From Campylobacterales bacterium (GTDB lineage: Bacteria > Campylobacterota > Campylobacteria > Campylobacterales > UBA6016): a stretch of DNA of 55,890 nt. The stretch spans positions 1-55,890 of the forward strand of contig JAVRLX010000003.1 in the NCBI GenBank assembly GCA_031960985.1, read 5' to 3'. Shown piece after piece: positions 34,351 to 45,052 of this stretch; the stretch's first letter is position 1, and each line of letters begins with the position of its first letter. The notes under the pieces were generated by a model. The model was not told the origin of the DNA. It saw only the letters and a list, made by a program, of their open reading frames with translations, and did not search any database. The position numbers and the translations under genes were made by a program.

Positions 34351-34466
34351 TTATTTAATTGGGCGAAAAAACTCGCAGATGTCACACTCTAACACGGCGG
34401 CGATTTTATAGAGGTGTTCGAGGTTGAAGTGTTTTGGGGTTAAAATAAGCCAAACTATTGTTTTGA

Positions 34467-34868
34467 GTGAGATTGGGGATGCTAAAAATAGTTATTTTTG
34501 CTTTTGTATTGTTGTTTGCTGGGTGTGGCGGCAAGCCAAAATGCGATAGCGTTGAGAGCAAGAAACTTGTCATGGAGTCGGTAGAAAAAACCGTCAAAAG
34601 ACAGCTTGCAATAAGGATAAATCCTTCGATAGTCGGAGATGAGTGGCAAAATGCGCTCTCATCGGACGATAAAGCAATGGTGGAGTTTAACTATAGCGAG
34701 TATGGCCCGATTTTGGAAAATATTACCACAATAAAACAAAGTGAAAAAACTGATACACTGGAGTGTACAGCCGAACTTCGCTTTCGCAACGCTCAAAAGT
34801 TCAATCTCTACTACAGGCTTCAAAAAGATACAAACGGCAAGCTTCATGCTACCGTTGAGTGGCGTTAA
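34467..34868 (+). CDS. small lipoprotein, function unknown
   Basis: Signal peptide plus lipobox 'VLLFAGC|GG'. 133 aa from GTG 34467, or 129 aa from ATG 34479. No recognisable domain. Confidence 0.65.
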   Translation: MRLGMLKIVIFAFVLLFAGCGGKPKCDSVESKKLVMESVEKTVKRQLAIRINPSIVGDEWQNALSSDDKAMVEFNYSEYGPILENITTIKQSEKTDTLECTAELRFRNAQKFNLYYRLQKDTNGKLHATVEWR

Positions 34869-35413
34869 AATAGTGAGGTTTGGAGTTTTTTTGGCTTAAA
34901 GCTTTTTCTGTGTATCTCGCAAAGTCCGTTTAGCCGTATTGCCTCTATATGCTCCGCCGTTCCGTAGCCTTTGTGCTTTGCAAAGCCGTATTGCGGATAT
35001 TTGGCGTCAAGCTCTATCATCAGTCTATCCCTGCTTACTTTGGCTATGATACTAGCCGCCATTACCTCTTGTACCTCTGCATCTGCTTTAACCATTGCCT
35101 CTATACCACTAACCCCAAAGTTACTATTTCCATCAAACAAATATTTATCCGCATTGAGTTTACTTTTTATCTCCAAAAGCGAACGCTTGATACAAGCAGG
35201 TATCCCCATCTCGTCTATCTCTTTTGCCGAGCGCCACACGATATGATGTATCGAGTTTGCAACAACCTCACTAAAAAGCGCCTCCCTTTGTTTTGCCGTT
35301 AATTTTTTAGAATCATTTAGCCCTTTTACCTCGCTCGTTAACATACACCCCGCAAAGCACAGCGGCCCAGCTAATGGCCCCCGTCCAGCCTCATCTATCC
35401 CGCAAAGTATCAT
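34865..35413 (-). CDS. rnhB: ribonuclease HII
   Basis: 182 aa. 'GIDEAGRGPLAGPL' and 'DSKKLT' are RNase HII motifs. Confidence 0.93.
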   Translation of the reverse strand: MILCGIDEAGRGPLAGPLCFAGCMLTSEVKGLNDSKKLTAKQREALFSEVVANSIHHIVWRSAKEIDEMGIPACIKRSLLEIKSKLNADKYLFDGNSNFGVSGIEAMVKADAEVQEVMAASIIAKVSRDRLMIELDAKYPQYGFAKHKGYGTAEHIEAIRLNGLCEIHRKSFKPKKLQTSLF

Positions 35414-36510
35414 AGACTAAGCGCCCACTGCCAAAATGGCAAACTTTGTATCCGCACCCCATCAACTACCCTCTCATCTTCTTTACTAACTGTCACTATC
35501 TCCACCTCTCTAATCCCTAGCTCCCACGCTTTTTTGGATAGTTTGTTCAGTTTTTTTTCGTCATCTGTTATTGCAAATGGTTTTGGCACAACGATTTTTT
35601 CTATCTCCGGCACAAAAAGTCCCGCCTCATCTGTATAATATACCTCGTACCCCCTTGAATTTAGCTCCAAAAACACCATATTTTCAAAAACAGCGGGAAA
35701 ATCTTTTTTAAAATCAACAGCCATTTTAAGGGCAAAGTCGTAAGAGTATATTTTTTTGGGGGCATTTTTTTGGTGGAGTTTTTCTACAAAAAATAGCGCC
35801 CCCTCGTTTTGAAGCTTTGTTGTGTAAGAGTAGAAAAAATCTTTGGATATTTTGGTTTTTGATTTTACAAGGGTAAACACTTGAAGTAACGATAGTTTTG
35901 TCGCCGTTTTACGCAAAAACTCGACTGCTATAGCCTCTTCGGTTTTTGTAGTCGCTATTTTTTTGATAATATCGCAAAGAGCGCCTCTTTTTTCTAACTC
36001 GCTAAATCCTCCAAGTTTTGGATTTGACCCCTCTTTTAAAAACGAGGCAAATATATGAGGTATCCTCTCCTCCTCAAATTCGCTCTCCTTTTTGCCGTGA
36101 TGAACCCTTTCGTAAAAAGAGAGATACTCCTCAAAATCAAGTCCGACGAGAGGAATTTGTTCATATCCATTTAATTCCAAAGGGGTCGCCGAAATAGCGA
36201 TAAGTTGGATATCGACCATGCTTTCAATTGCTTCATCGTTTGCATTATCAATAATGATGGTAGCTAGTTTTTTCTCTCTCGCAAAAGATGTAAGCCCCTC
36301 TTTATCAAACTTTTCCAACCTATAATCGTGCAAATCTATATATAAAAAAGGCTCTTTTTTTGTAGAGGCGTGCAAAAGGGCAAGTGACGTCTTGCCGCAA
36401 CTGGGAGGGCCATATAGATTGATATTTTTATCTGTTGGCAAAAAAACTTTCCTCTCAAAAAAGGAGATTTTTTTTGGCGTCTCAGACAAAAGCTGTTCAA
36501 ATATTTCCAA
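35410..36510 (-). CDS. P-loop ATPase (AAA_14/DUF4143-like architecture), function unknown
   Basis: 366 aa. Walker A 'LYGPPSCGKTSLA' and Walker B-like 'ATIIIDNAND'. Its stop overlaps the rnhB start (ATGA). Confidence 0.6.
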   Translation of the reverse strand: MEIFEQLLSETPKKISFFERKVFLPTDKNINLYGPPSCGKTSLALLHASTKKEPFLYIDLHDYRLEKFDKEGLTSFAREKKLATIIIDNANDEAIESMVDIQLIAISATPLELNGYEQIPLVGLDFEEYLSFYERVHHGKKESEFEEERIPHIFASFLKEGSNPKLGGFSELEKRGALCDIIKKIATTKTEEAIAVEFLRKTATKLSLLQVFTLVKSKTKISKDFFYSYTTKLQNEGALFFVEKLHQKNAPKKIYSYDFALKMAVDFKKDFPAVFENMVFLELNSRGYEVYYTDEAGLFVPEIEKIVVPKPFAITDDEKKLNKLSKKAWELGIREVEIVTVSKEDERVVDGVRIQSLPFWQWALSL

Positions 36511-36605
36511 AATTTTACCCCTAATGTTTTTCGGTTATTGTAGCTTTTTTCCTTTTAAAAAGGATAAGTTTTTATATGCTCATAGCCAAGAACCCCTTTT
36601 TTTAC

Positions 36606-36634
36606 TTGACTCTTTGTATTAAATTTAGTAAAAT
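36606..36634 (+). promoter_or_regulatory. candidate sigma70 promoter of the S10 operon (TTGACT-17 nt-TAAAAT)
   Basis: Near-consensus hexamers with a 17-nt spacer, read directly. The -10 lies about 60 nt upstream of the rpsJ ATG. Confidence 0.5.
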
Positions 36635-36693
36635 TGCGCTCTCAAAATTTAAGTTCACAAGACTTAAAAGTTCTTTATTAAGGTATACCGCGA

Positions 36694-37005
36694 ATGGAAA
36701 AATTGAGACTAAAGCTTAGAGCTTATGACAACAGAGTTCTTGACAAATCTGTATCGGCAATAATCGATGCAGTAAAAAGAACTGGTTCGGAACTAATCGG
36801 ACCAATCCCGCTTCCAACAAAAATCAGAAAATATACTGTTCTTAGATCTCCGCATGTCAATAAAGACTCAAGAGAGCAATTCGAAATCAGAATTCATGCA
36901 AGACTTATAGATATTATAGCGGCTTCTCCCGATACGGTTGATGCTCTTATGAAGCTTGACCTTGCTCCTGAAGTGGATGTCGAAGTAAGATCAATGGCTA
37001 ACTAA
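36694..37005 (+). CDS. rpsJ: 30S ribosomal protein S10
   Basis: 103 aa. '[13 protein letters not shown]...[28 protein letters not shown]'. Confidence 0.97.
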   Translation: MEKLRLKLRAYDNRVLDKSVSAIIDAVKRTGSELIGPIPLPTKIRKYTVLRSPHVNKDSREQFEIRIHARLIDIIAASPDTVDALMKLDLAPEVDVEVRSMAN

Positions 37006-37017
37006 GGAAAAGTGAAG

Positions 37018-37596
37018 ATGGAATTTTTGGTTGAAAAAATCGGCATGAGCAGAACGCTCGGCGAAGTATCGAACGCAGTAACTCTTCTAAAGGTGCTTCC
37101 TGCAAAAGTTGTAAAAGTAAATGCAGAAGGTAAATCTTTGGTTGCTTACTCAAGAGGTAAAGCGATAAACAAAGCGATAGAGGGTCAGCAAAAAGCTTAC
37201 GGTCTATCTAAAGAGTTCAACAAGTTTGCTTCTCTAGTAGTGGACAATAAAGAGGTAGGAGAGCAAGAGACTGCATCTTTGGAGGCGGCAGTAGAGGTAA
37301 AAGCTACTTTTAAAACTAAAGGTAGAGGGTTTACAGGCGCTATGAAACGATGGAATTTTGCCGGCGGCCCTGGCGCGCACGGTTCAAGATTTCATAGAAG
37401 AACAGGTTCTATCGGTAACAGAGAGTGGCCGGGTCGTGTTCAAAAAGGCAAAAAAATGGCTGGACAATACGGAAACGAAACAGTTACCGTAAAGTGCGAA
37501 GTTTTGAGCTTTGATAAAAATGCCGGAGTATTGGTGGTAAAAGGAAGTGTTCCTGGCGCCAACGGCGGATTCGGAAAAGTGAAGGTCGTAAAATGA
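37018..37596 (+). CDS. rplC: 50S ribosomal protein L3
   Basis: '[13 protein letters not shown]...[28 protein letters not shown]'. ATG 37018 chosen over the track's GTG 37012, because 'MEF/[11 protein letters not shown]' is the start I remember for Campylobacter L3. Confidence 0.95.
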   Translation: MEFLVEKIGMSRTLGEVSNAVTLLKVLPAKVVKVNAEGKSLVAYSRGKAINKAIEGQQKAYGLSKEFNKFASLVVDNKEVGEQETASLEAAVEVKATFKTKGRGFTGAMKRWNFAGGPGAHGSRFHRRTGSIGNREWPGRVQKGKKMAGQYGNETVTVKCEVLSFDKNAGVLVVKGSVPGANGGFGKVKVVK

Positions 37597-38207
37597 GTTT
37601 TGCAATAGTACTAGATAAAAATTGTAAAGAGAGCGGGAGAATAGAGCTTCCTGCAAGTTATGAAGGTATCAATCCGCACAACCTATATTTGTATGTAAAA
37701 GCGTATCTATCCAATCTGAGAGCTGGTAACGCACATACAAAAACTAGAGGCGCAGTCTCTGGTGGCGGTAAAAAGCCGTGGAGTCAAAAAGGGGGCGGTA
37801 GAGCTAGAGCTGGTTCTATTACATCTCCAGTATTTGTCGGTGGTGGTGTTGCGTGGGGTCCAAAAAACTACACAAACTACTTCCAAAAAATAAATGTCAA
37901 ACAAAAAAGACTTGCTCTTAAATATGCGCTTGCTAAGCAAGCTGAAGCAGGCAAACTTTTCGTTGTTGACACCCTTGCTGTTCCTAGCGGAAAAACTAAA
38001 GATGCTGCGAGTTTTCTAAAAGCTCTAGGGCAAAGAGACGCGCTTCTTATCGCAAACAATTTTGACGAAAAGACATATTTAGCGTATAGAAATATTCAAA
38101 ATTGCTACCTAATAGACTTTACGGAAGTAAACGCATATTTTGTAAGCACTTATAGATCGGTCGTAATCGAAAAAGACGCTTATGACAAAATCGTAAAAGA
38201 GGGCTAA
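37593..38207 (+). CDS. rplD: 50S ribosomal protein L4
   Basis: 204 aa. '[27 protein letters not shown]'. Confidence 0.96.
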   Translation: MSFAIVLDKNCKESGRIELPASYEGINPHNLYLYVKAYLSNLRAGNAHTKTRGAVSGGGKKPWSQKGGGRARAGSITSPVFVGGGVAWGPKNYTNYFQKINVKQKRLALKYALAKQAEAGKLFVVDTLAVPSGKTKDAASFLKALGQRDALLIANNFDEKTYLAYRNIQNCYLIDFTEVNAYFVSTYRSVVIEKDAYDKIVKEG

Positions 38208-38208
38208 G

Positions 38209-38490
38209 ATGGCTGATATTACAGATATAAAAACAATACTTTACACAGAAAAATCACTTGGTCTTCAAGAAGCGGGCGTTATTGTTGTTCAGACTTCTCC
38301 AAAGATGACCAAAAACGGCCTAAAAAAAGTTTTCCAAGAGTACTTCGGTTTGGTTCCTGAAAAAGTGAACTCCCTTAGAATGGAAGGTAAAACAAAAAGA
38401 TTTAGAGGCGTAATCGGCCAAAGAGACTCTTTCAAGAAGTTTTACGTAAAGCTTCCTGAGGGCGCAAGAATAGAAAGCTTAGCGGTATAA
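38209..38490 (+). CDS. rplW: 50S ribosomal protein L23
   Basis: 93 aa. Position between rplD and rplB, with an L23-like N-terminus 'ILYTEKS'. Confidence 0.93.
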   Translation: MADITDIKTILYTEKSLGLQEAGVIVVQTSPKMTKNGLKKVFQEYFGLVPEKVNSLRMEGKTKRFRGVIGQRDSFKKFYVKLPEGARIESLAV

Positions 38491-38499
38491 GGATAAGAG

Positions 38500-39339
38500 A
38501 TGGCAATAAAAACCTATAAACCATATACCCCTAGCCGAAGGACGATGTCAAACCTAGACAGCTCTGATATTACGGCAAAACCGAAAGTTAGAAGCCTTCT
38601 AGTTAAACTTCCGGCAAAAGCGGGTAGAAATAACCAAGGTAGAATCACTTCTAGACATAAAGAAGCTGGCGCTAAAAAGTTGTACAGAATCATAGATTTC
38701 AAAAGAAATAAATTCAATATTCCAGGTGTAGTAGCCGCAATTGAATACGATCCGTATAGAAATTGTAGAATTGCACTTATTAATTATGTAGACGGTGAAA
38801 AAAGATACATCATCCAGCCAAATGGATTAAAAGTAGGCGATAAAGTTATGGCGGCAGAAGGCGGTCTTGACGTCGTAGCCGGAAACGCAATGAAACTTAA
38901 AAATATCCCTGTGGGTACTGTTATTCACTGCATTGAGCTAAAACCTGGTAAAGGCGCTCAAATGGCAAGATCGGCAGGCAACTATGCTCAGCTAATGGGT
39001 AGAGAGGGTAAATATACCATTCTTAGACTTCCAAGTTCTGAGGTTAGATATGTACTTTCTGAATGCATGGCCACTATTGGCGCAGTAGGAAATGAAGATT
39101 TTGCAAACATCAGTATAGGTAAAGCTGGTCGCGCAAGACACATGGGTATTAGACCACAAACTAGAGGTTCTGCGATGAACCCTATCGATCACCCACACGG
39201 TGGTGGTGAGGGTAAATCGAACGGACACAGACATCCTGTATCTCCGTGGGGCCAAAAATGTAAAGGTCTAAAAACTAGAAAACCTAATAAACAATCGAAT
39301 AGATACATTATCTCAAGAAGAAAAAAAGGTGTGAGGTAA
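38500..39339 (+). CDS. rplB: 50S ribosomal protein L2
   Basis: 279 aa. '[16 protein letters not shown]', '[17 protein letters not shown]'. Confidence 0.97.
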   Translation: MAIKTYKPYTPSRRTMSNLDSSDITAKPKVRSLLVKLPAKAGRNNQGRITSRHKEAGAKKLYRIIDFKRNKFNIPGVVAAIEYDPYRNCRIALINYVDGEKRYIIQPNGLKVGDKVMAAEGGLDVVAGNAMKLKNIPVGTVIHCIELKPGKGAQMARSAGNYAQLMGREGKYTILRLPSSEVRYVLSECMATIGAVGNEDFANISIGKAGRARHMGIRPQTRGSAMNPIDHPHGGGEGKSNGHRHPVSPWGQKCKGLKTRKPNKQSNRYIISRRKKGVR

Positions 39340-39343
39340 GATA

Positions 39344-39625
39344 ATGGCAAGATCAATAAAAAAAGGCCCATTTATCGATGACCATCTTCAAAAGAAGGTT
39401 ACGAAAGCTAAGGCTGAAAATTCAAACAAACCAATTAAAACTTGGTCAAGAAGAAGTATGGTGTCTCCAGAAATGATAGGCCTTACTTTTAATGTACATA
39501 ACGGCAGACAATTTGTCCCTGTGTATATCACTGAGGCGCATGTTGGTTACAAACTAGGTGAATTTGCCCCTACTAGAACCTTCAAAGGTCACAAGGGTTC
39601 AGTTCAAAAGAAAATAGGTAAGTAA
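39344..39625 (+). CDS. rpsS: 30S ribosomal protein S19
   Basis: 93 aa. '[11 protein letters not shown]...[32 protein letters not shown]'. Confidence 0.97.
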   Translation: MARSIKKGPFIDDHLQKKVTKAKAENSNKPIKTWSRRSMVSPEMIGLTFNVHNGRQFVPVYITEAHVGYKLGEFAPTRTFKGHKGSVQKKIGK

Positions 39626-39635
39626 GGAGGGGGAT

Positions 39636-39962
39636 GTGAGTAAAACAACACTTAAATTTGTCAGACTTTCCCCTACGAAAGCGAGGCTTATTGCAAGAGA
39701 AGTTCAAGGTATGAATGCAGAAGCGGCTATCGCTGCCCTTGACTTTATGCCAAACAAAGGCGCTACATTTATCTCTAAAGCTATAGCTACCGCAGTTGCA
39801 AACGGCGGTTTTGAGGCGGATGAAGTTATCGTATCTTCATGCAGGGTTGATGCAGGCCCGGTTCTAAAGAGATTTACTCCTAGAGCTAGAGGTAGAGCAA
39901 CGCCTATCAGAAAACCGACATCGCATATTTTTGTCGAAGTAACACAAGCGAAGGGTAAGTAA
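39636..39962 (+). CDS. rplV: 50S ribosomal protein L22
   Basis: 108 aa, GTG start after GGAGGGGG. '[20 protein letters not shown]'. Confidence 0.95.
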   Translation: MSKTTLKFVRLSPTKARLIAREVQGMNAEAAIAALDFMPNKGATFISKAIATAVANGGFEADEVIVSSCRVDAGPVLKRFTPRARGRATPIRKPTSHIFVEVTQAKGK

Positions 39963-39963
39963 T

Positions 39964-40671
39964 ATGGGTCAAAAAGTAAATCCTATCGGGCTTAGACTTG
40001 GCATTAACACAGGCTGGAGATCTAGATGGTTTCCTTCTATAAAAGAGATGCCAAATAATATTGCCGAAGACTATAAAATTAGAAAGTATCTAAAACAAAA
40101 ACTTTACTTCTCTGGCGTGTCAGATATTATTATCGAGAGAACTGCCAAAAAAGTAAAAGTTACGGTTGTCTCTGCAAGACCTGGTATTATCATCGGTAAA
40201 AAAGGCGCAGAGATTGAAAAGCTAAAAGCTGACATCTCTAAGATGACCAACAAAGAGGTTCTTATCAATATTAAAGAAGAGAAAAAACCTCAAATATCTG
40301 CAGTTCTTTGCGCTGAGAATGTAGCTACTCAACTAGAAAAAAGGGTTGCATTTAGAAGGGCAATGAAAAAAGTTATGCAGGCGGCTCTTAAATCAGGCGC
40401 TAAGGGGATTAAAGTAATGGTTGCCGGCAGACTTGGCGGAGCTGAAATGGCTAGAACAGAGTGGTATCTTGAGGGAAGAGTTCCTCTTCACACAATTAGA
40501 GCGAACATCGATTATGGTACTGCAGAAGCACATACTACCTACGGTATTATCGGGGTGAAAGTATGGATATTCAAAGGTGAAGTACTCTCAAAAGGTAGAG
40601 GGCAGGCGGAGTCCACTGAGTCTGCGCAAGAGACAAAACCTAGAAGAAGACAAGCAAGAAGAGGGCAATAA
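39964..40671 (+). CDS. rpsC: 30S ribosomal protein S3
   Basis: 235 aa. '[14 protein letters not shown]...', KH domain, '[14 protein letters not shown]'. Confidence 0.97.
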   Translation: MGQKVNPIGLRLGINTGWRSRWFPSIKEMPNNIAEDYKIRKYLKQKLYFSGVSDIIIERTAKKVKVTVVSARPGIIIGKKGAEIEKLKADISKMTNKEVLINIKEEKKPQISAVLCAENVATQLEKRVAFRRAMKKVMQAALKSGAKGIKVMVAGRLGGAEMARTEWYLEGRVPLHTIRANIDYGTAEAHTTYGIIGVKVWIFKGEVLSKGRGQAESTESAQETKPRRRQARRGQ

Positions 40672-40673
40672 TC

Positions 40674-41099
40674 ATGTTGATGCCAAAGAGAACTAAATAC
40701 AGAAAACAAATGAAAGGTAGAAACAGAGGTAAAACTTATGTTGGTTGCAACCTTTCATTCGGAACTATTGGTTTAAAAGCAATAGAGGCTGGAAGAATCA
40801 ACTCTAGACAAATAGAAGCCGGAAGGATTGCTATTACTAGAAACGTAAAAAGAACAGGTAAACTCTGGATAAGAGTTTTTCCTGACAAACCTCTTACTAA
40901 AAAACCATTAGAAACTAGGATGGGTAAAGGTAAAGGTGGCGTTGAAGAGTGGGTTATGAATATCCAACCGGGAAGAATCATTTATGAGATGACCGGTGTT
41001 GAGGAAGCTCTTGCAAAAGAATCTCTAACAAGAGCTATGCACAAACTCCCTTTTAAGACGAAAATCGTGACAATAGAGGGTGAAAATGAAATATACTGA
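40674..41099 (+). CDS. rplP: 50S ribosomal protein L16
   Basis: 141 aa. '[16 protein letters not shown]...ETRMGKGKG'. Confidence 0.97.
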   Translation: MLMPKRTKYRKQMKGRNRGKTYVGCNLSFGTIGLKAIEAGRINSRQIEAGRIAITRNVKRTGKLWIRVFPDKPLTKKPLETRMGKGKGGVEEWVMNIQPGRIIYEMTGVEEALAKESLTRAMHKLPFKTKIVTIEGENEIY

Positions 41100-41277
41100 T
41101 ATAAGCTCAAAATCGCTTGAAGAGCTAAAAGCGCTTTTGAAAGAGAAAAAAGTTTATCTGTTTGAGCTCAAAATGAAACTAAAAACTATGCAGCTAACTA
41201 ATCCAAATGAGATTAGAATGGCAAAAAAAGATATCGCTAGGATTCAAACAGCGATAACTGCACAAGCTGCAAAGTAA
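41086..41277 (+). CDS. rpmC: 50S ribosomal protein L29
   Basis: 63 aa from ATG 41086 ('MKYTDI...'), preferred over the track's GTG 41080. '[22 protein letters not shown]'. Confidence 0.93.
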   Translation: MKYTDISSKSLEELKALLKEKKVYLFELKMKLKTMQLTNPNEIRMAKKDIARIQTAITAQAAK

Positions 41278-41287
41278 GGAATAAGTT

Positions 41288-41545
41288 ATGAACAGCCATA
41301 AAAGAGAAATTCAAGGTACGGTAATTAAACAATCTGGGGATAAAACTTATTCTATTCTTGTTGAAAGAAGGATGATGCACCCTAGATACCACAAATTTGT
41401 GAAAAGACACAAAAAATATCTTATTCACGATGAGAACAATAGCCTAAAAGTAGGTGATTTTGTATCTGCTCTTGAGTGCAGGCCACTTTCTAAAACAAAA
41501 TCATTCAGACTTAATGCAGTTCTAAAAGCAGGAGCTGAAGTATGA
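41288..41545 (+). CDS. rpsQ: 30S ribosomal protein S17
   Basis: 85 aa. '[40 protein letters not shown]'. Confidence 0.96.
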   Translation: MNSHKREIQGTVIKQSGDKTYSILVERRMMHPRYHKFVKRHKKYLIHDENNSLKVGDFVSALECRPLSKTKSFRLNAVLKAGAEV

Positions 41546-41910
41546 TCCAAAGTTTTACAAGAATGAATGTTGCTGATAACAGCGGCGCAAAAGAACTGAT
41601 GTGTATCAAAGTTTTGGGTGGCTCCAAAAGAAGGTATGCAACTGTCGGTGATGTTGTTGTAGCATCTGTTAAAAAAGCTATTCCAAACGGTAAAGTAAAA
41701 AAAGGTCAAGTAGTTAAAGCGGTTATCGTTAGAACAAAAAAAGAGCTTCAAAGAGAAAACGGCTCTTTAATTAGATTTGACGACAATGCCGCCGTAATCT
41801 TAGACAACAAAAGAGAGCCAGTCGGAACAAGGATTTTTGGGCCGGTCGGTAGAGAAATTAGATATGCGAACTTTATGAAAATAGTTTCGCTTGCGCCGGA
41901 GGTTCTGTAA
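41542..41910 (+). CDS. rplN: 50S ribosomal protein L14
   Basis: 122 aa. '[28 protein letters not shown]'. Confidence 0.97.
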   Translation: MIQSFTRMNVADNSGAKELMCIKVLGGSKRRYATVGDVVVASVKKAIPNGKVKKGQVVKAVIVRTKKELQRENGSLIRFDDNAAVILDNKREPVGTRIFGPVGREIRYANFMKIVSLAPEVL

Positions 41911-42143
41911 TGACTAAGCTAAAAATCAAAAAAGGCGACATGGTAGAAATAATCGCCGGTGACGACAAAGGCAAAAAGGCAAAAGTTTTGGCGGTTTATC
42001 CAAAAACTTCACAAGTTATAGTTGAGGGTTGCAAACTCGCTAAAAAAGCTGTTAAGCCAAGTGAACAAAATGAAAATGGTGGCTTTAAACTTGTTGAGAT
42101 GCCAATTCACATCTCCAATGTTCGTATAGCAGAAGGGGCGTAA
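41910..42143 (+). CDS. rplX: 50S ribosomal protein L24
   Basis: 77 aa. '[22 protein letters not shown]' (KOW motif). Confidence 0.95.
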   Translation: MTKLKIKKGDMVEIIAGDDKGKKAKVLAVYPKTSQVIVEGCKLAKKAVKPSEQNENGGFKLVEMPIHISNVRIAEGA

Positions 42144-42146
42144 TAG

Positions 42147-42701
42147 ATGGCAACACTAAAAGAGCATTATTTAAAAAATGTAAGAGAGAAGCTTCTTAGC
42201 GAATTTGGAATTAAAAATGTAATGCTTGTTCCAAAATTAGAGAAGATTACTATCTCTGTAGGTTGTGGCGAAGGTTCAAAAGATGCAAAGCTCCTTCAAA
42301 ATATAGCCGATACCATCTCCATTATAGCTGGACAAAAAGCGGTTATTACAGTCGCTAAAAAATCTGTCTCTGGTTTTAAAATAAGAGAGGGGATGAATGT
42401 AGGTGTAAAAGTGACCCTTAGGGGCGCTAATATGTACAATTTCCTTGAAAAACTTATAACTCTTGCACTCCCTAAAGTTAAAGACTTTAAAGGTCTTTCA
42501 AGAACTGGTTTTGATGGTAGAGGAAACTATAGCTTTGGTCTATCCGAGCAGCTTATATTTCCTGAAGTTAAATATGACAACATCGTAAAAATTCACGGAA
42601 TGAACATTAGCATCACTACAAGCACAGATAGCGATAAAATGGCTTTCAGACTTCTAGAGCTTATGGGAGTTCCATTTGCAAAAGGGAGAGTAAATGGCTA
42701 A
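42147..42701 (+). CDS. rplE: 50S ribosomal protein L5
   Basis: 184 aa. '[12 protein letters not shown]...[20 protein letters not shown]'. Confidence 0.97.
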   Translation: MATLKEHYLKNVREKLLSEFGIKNVMLVPKLEKITISVGCGEGSKDAKLLQNIADTISIIAGQKAVITVAKKSVSGFKIREGMNVGVKVTLRGANMYNFLEKLITLALPKVKDFKGLSRTGFDGRGNYSFGLSEQLIFPEVKYDNIVKIHGMNISITTSTDSDKMAFRLLELMGVPFAKGRVNG

Positions 42702-42879
42702 AAAGTCAATGATTGCAAAATGTGCAAGAGAGCCTAAATTTAAAGTTAGAGCATACACAAGATGCTCTATTTGCGGCAGACCACACTCTGTTTATAGAGA
42801 TTTTGGCATATGCAGGGTGTGTCTTAGAAAAATGGCTAACGAGGGACTAATCCCTGGCCTTAAAAAATCAAGCTGGTAA
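42694..42879 (+). CDS. rpsN: 30S ribosomal protein S14, type Z (zinc-ribbon form)
   Basis: 61 aa. '[22 protein letters not shown]' (CxxC...CxxC). Confidence 0.96.
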   Translation: MAKKSMIAKCAREPKFKVRAYTRCSICGRPHSVYRDFGICRVCLRKMANEGLIPGLKKSSW

Positions 42880-42890
42880 GGAGGTAAAAG

Positions 42891-43283
42891 ATGAATGATG
42901 TGATAGCTGATACGCTGACTAGAATCAGAAATGCCTCTATGAGAAGAATAGAAGTAACGCACGTAATGTACTCTAAAATTGTGGAGTCTATACTAAAAAT
43001 CTTTCAAGAAAAAGGCTACATCGAAAGCTACAAGGTAGTGGAAGAGGGAGCTAAGAAAAAAATTAATGTTGTTTTGAAATATACTCAAAGCGGGAAGCCG
43101 GTTATAAGTGAAATAAAAAGAATTTCTAAGCCGGGTAGAAGAATCTATAAACCTTGCGCTGAGATTAAAAAATTTAAAAATGGCTACGGAACAATCGTCG
43201 TGTCAACGTCAAAAGGTGTTCTTGACAACGACAGCGCACACAAAATGGGTGTCGGCGGCGAAGTTCTTTGTAGCATTTGGTGA
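42891..43283 (+). CDS. rpsH: 30S ribosomal protein S8
   Basis: 130 aa. '[13 protein letters not shown]...GGEVLCSIW'. Confidence 0.97.
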   Translation: MNDVIADTLTRIRNASMRRIEVTHVMYSKIVESILKIFQEKGYIESYKVVEEGAKKKINVVLKYTQSGKPVISEIKRISKPGRRIYKPCAEIKKFKNGYGTIVVSTSKGVLDNDSAHKMGVGGEVLCSIW

Positions 43284-43291
43284 GGTGATAT

Positions 43292-43828
43292 ATGTCAAGA
43301 GTTGGAAAAGAGCCAATCGTACTTCCAAAAGGTATTGAGGCTAGCGTTGCAGGCGGTGTTTTAACCGTAAAAGGCGCAAAAGAGACAAAAGTACTCGACA
43401 CAATGGATAGAGTAAATATTGAAATCTCTGAAGGCAAGATAGTTTTTGGATTAAAAGGCGAAACAAAACAAGACAGAGCTTTTTGGGGAACTTATAGAGC
43501 GCTTGCAAACAATATCGTTATAGGTCTTTCTCAAGGTTTTGAGAAAAAACTTGAAATTAACGGTGTTGGTTATAGAGCTGCCGTAAACGGTAACAAACTT
43601 GAAATGGCGCTTGGTTACTCGCACCCAGTAATATTTGATATTCCAAAAGGAATTGAGATAACTGTCGATAAAAATGTTATTAGTGTTAAGGGCGCAGACA
43701 AACAACAAGTTGGTCAAGTTGCGGCCGTAATTAGAGAGTTTAGACCACCGGAGCCATACAAAGGCAAAGGCGTTAAATACGTAGATGAAACTATCCGCAG
43801 AAAAGCGGGCAAGACATCTAAGAAATAA
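43292..43828 (+). CDS. rplF: 50S ribosomal protein L6
   Basis: 178 aa. '[16 protein letters not shown]...[11 protein letters not shown]'. Confidence 0.97.
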   Translation: MSRVGKEPIVLPKGIEASVAGGVLTVKGAKETKVLDTMDRVNIEISEGKIVFGLKGETKQDRAFWGTYRALANNIVIGLSQGFEKKLEINGVGYRAAVNGNKLEMALGYSHPVIFDIPKGIEITVDKNVISVKGADKQQVGQVAAVIREFRPPEPYKGKGVKYVDETIRRKAGKTSKK

Positions 43829-43837
43829 GGGTAGTCT

Positions 43838-44191
43838 ATGAGCAAAGCATTAAAACTCAAAACAAGAAGAAGAGAGAAAGCGAAACTAAGAATTAGAGCT
43901 AGGCTTTTTGGGACGGAACTTAGACCAAGAGTAACCGTATTTAAATCAAATAAATATTTTTATGCACAAGCGATAGACGATGTAAAAGGTGTTACATTGG
44001 CTTATGCAGATGGTTCAAAACTTGGTGTTAAGCCAAATAAGGAGGGCGTTAAAGTTGTTGCAAAAACACTTGCTGACGCTTTGAGGGCCGCTAAAAAAGA
44101 GAGTATAGTATTTGATAGAAACGGCTACCTTTACCATGGCGTTGTAGCGGCTTTTGCCGATGCGCTAAGAGAAAACGGAATTAGTTTTTAA
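43838..44191 (+). CDS. rplR: 50S ribosomal protein L18
   Basis: 117 aa. 'RPRVTVFKSNKYFYAQAIDD...FDRNGYLYHGVVAAFADALRENG'. Confidence 0.96.
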   Translation: MSKALKLKTRRREKAKLRIRARLFGTELRPRVTVFKSNKYFYAQAIDDVKGVTLAYADGSKLGVKPNKEGVKVVAKTLADALRAAKKESIVFDRNGYLYHGVVAAFADALRENGISF

Positions 44192-44197
44192 GGGCCT

Positions 44198-44641
44198 ATG
44201 ATGGAAATTAATAGAGAAGAATTTGAAGAAGTCGTCGTAAATATCGGCAGGGTAACTAAAGTTGTAAAGGGCGGTAGAAGATTTAGATTTAACGCTCTAA
44301 TGGTTGTAGGAAATAAAAAAGGTACTGTTGGTTATGGATTTGGTAAAGCCAAAGAAGTTCCAGACGCTATTAAAAAAGCGGTAGAAGATGCGTTTAAAAA
44401 CCTTGTTCATATAGAACTAAAAGGTACTACTATAGCTCACGATGTCGAAGTAAAATACAATGCGAGCAAAATTATATTGAAACCTGCAAAAGAGGGTACC
44501 GGTGTTAAAGCTGGTGGGGCCGCTAGACCGGTTTTGGAGCTTGCGGGAATAAGAGACATTCTATCTAAGCAGCTTGGCTCAACTAACTCTTCAAATGTGG
44601 TTAGAGCTACTATAAAAGCGCTTACATCCGTAAAGGAATAA
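44198..44641 (+). CDS. rpsE: 30S ribosomal protein S5
   Basis: 147 aa. '[39 protein letters not shown]'. Confidence 0.97.
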   Translation: MMEINREEFEEVVVNIGRVTKVVKGGRRFRFNALMVVGNKKGTVGYGFGKAKEVPDAIKKAVEDAFKNLVHIELKGTTIAHDVEVKYNASKIILKPAKEGTGVKAGGAARPVLELAGIRDILSKQLGSTNSSNVVRATIKALTSVKE

Positions 44642-44644
44642 AAA

Positions 44645-45052
44645 ATGGCATTAGAAAATCTAACACCTGCTGTGGGTAGTACTCACAGTAAAAAGAGAGT
44701 GGGCAGAGGACAAGGAAGCGGAATGGGCAAAACTGCCACAAGAGGCGGAAAAGGTCAAACTGCAAGAAGCGGTTATACTGCTAAAAGAGGCTTTGAGGGT
44801 GGACAACAACCTCTTCAAAGAAGACTTCCTAAAATTGGCTTTAACAGCAAAGTTGTTAAGCCTTATGTAATTAATGCGGATAGAATCGAAGCCATATCAA
44901 CTCTAAACGAAATAACTTTAGAGAGCATTAAGGGCGTTATGAGACTCCCAAATTATGTAGTAAAAGTTAAGCTGATAGGCTCAAAAGCCAAAGAACTTGC
45001 CTCAAAAATAAAAGACGAAGCAGTACTAACCAGCGGCAAAGTCAATGGATAA
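44645..45052 (+). CDS. rplO: 50S ribosomal protein L15
   Basis: 135 aa. '[21 protein letters not shown]'. It follows rpsE after 3 nt, so no rpmD lies between them. Confidence 0.96.
   Translation: MALENLTPAVGSTHSKKRVGRGQGSGMGKTATRGGKGQTARSGYTAKRGFEGGQQPLQRRLPKIGFNSKVVKPYVINADRIEAISTLNEITLESIKGVMRLPNYVVKVKLIGSKAKELASKIKDEAVLTSGKVNG

Noticed and set aside
34224-34466. 243-nt bcp-lipoprotein spacer examined for an sRNA, riboswitch, tRNA or mobile-element scar; it includes a 7-bp GC-rich inverted repeat, cgccgcc (34226-34232) / ggcggcg (34396-34402)
   Set aside because: No tRNA-like cloverleaf or known riboswitch core was recognised. The region is adequately explained as the bcp 3' UTR, a 14-bp-stem terminator (34318-34350) and the promoter region of the lipoprotein gene. 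The 7-bp repeat is too short to be meaningful.
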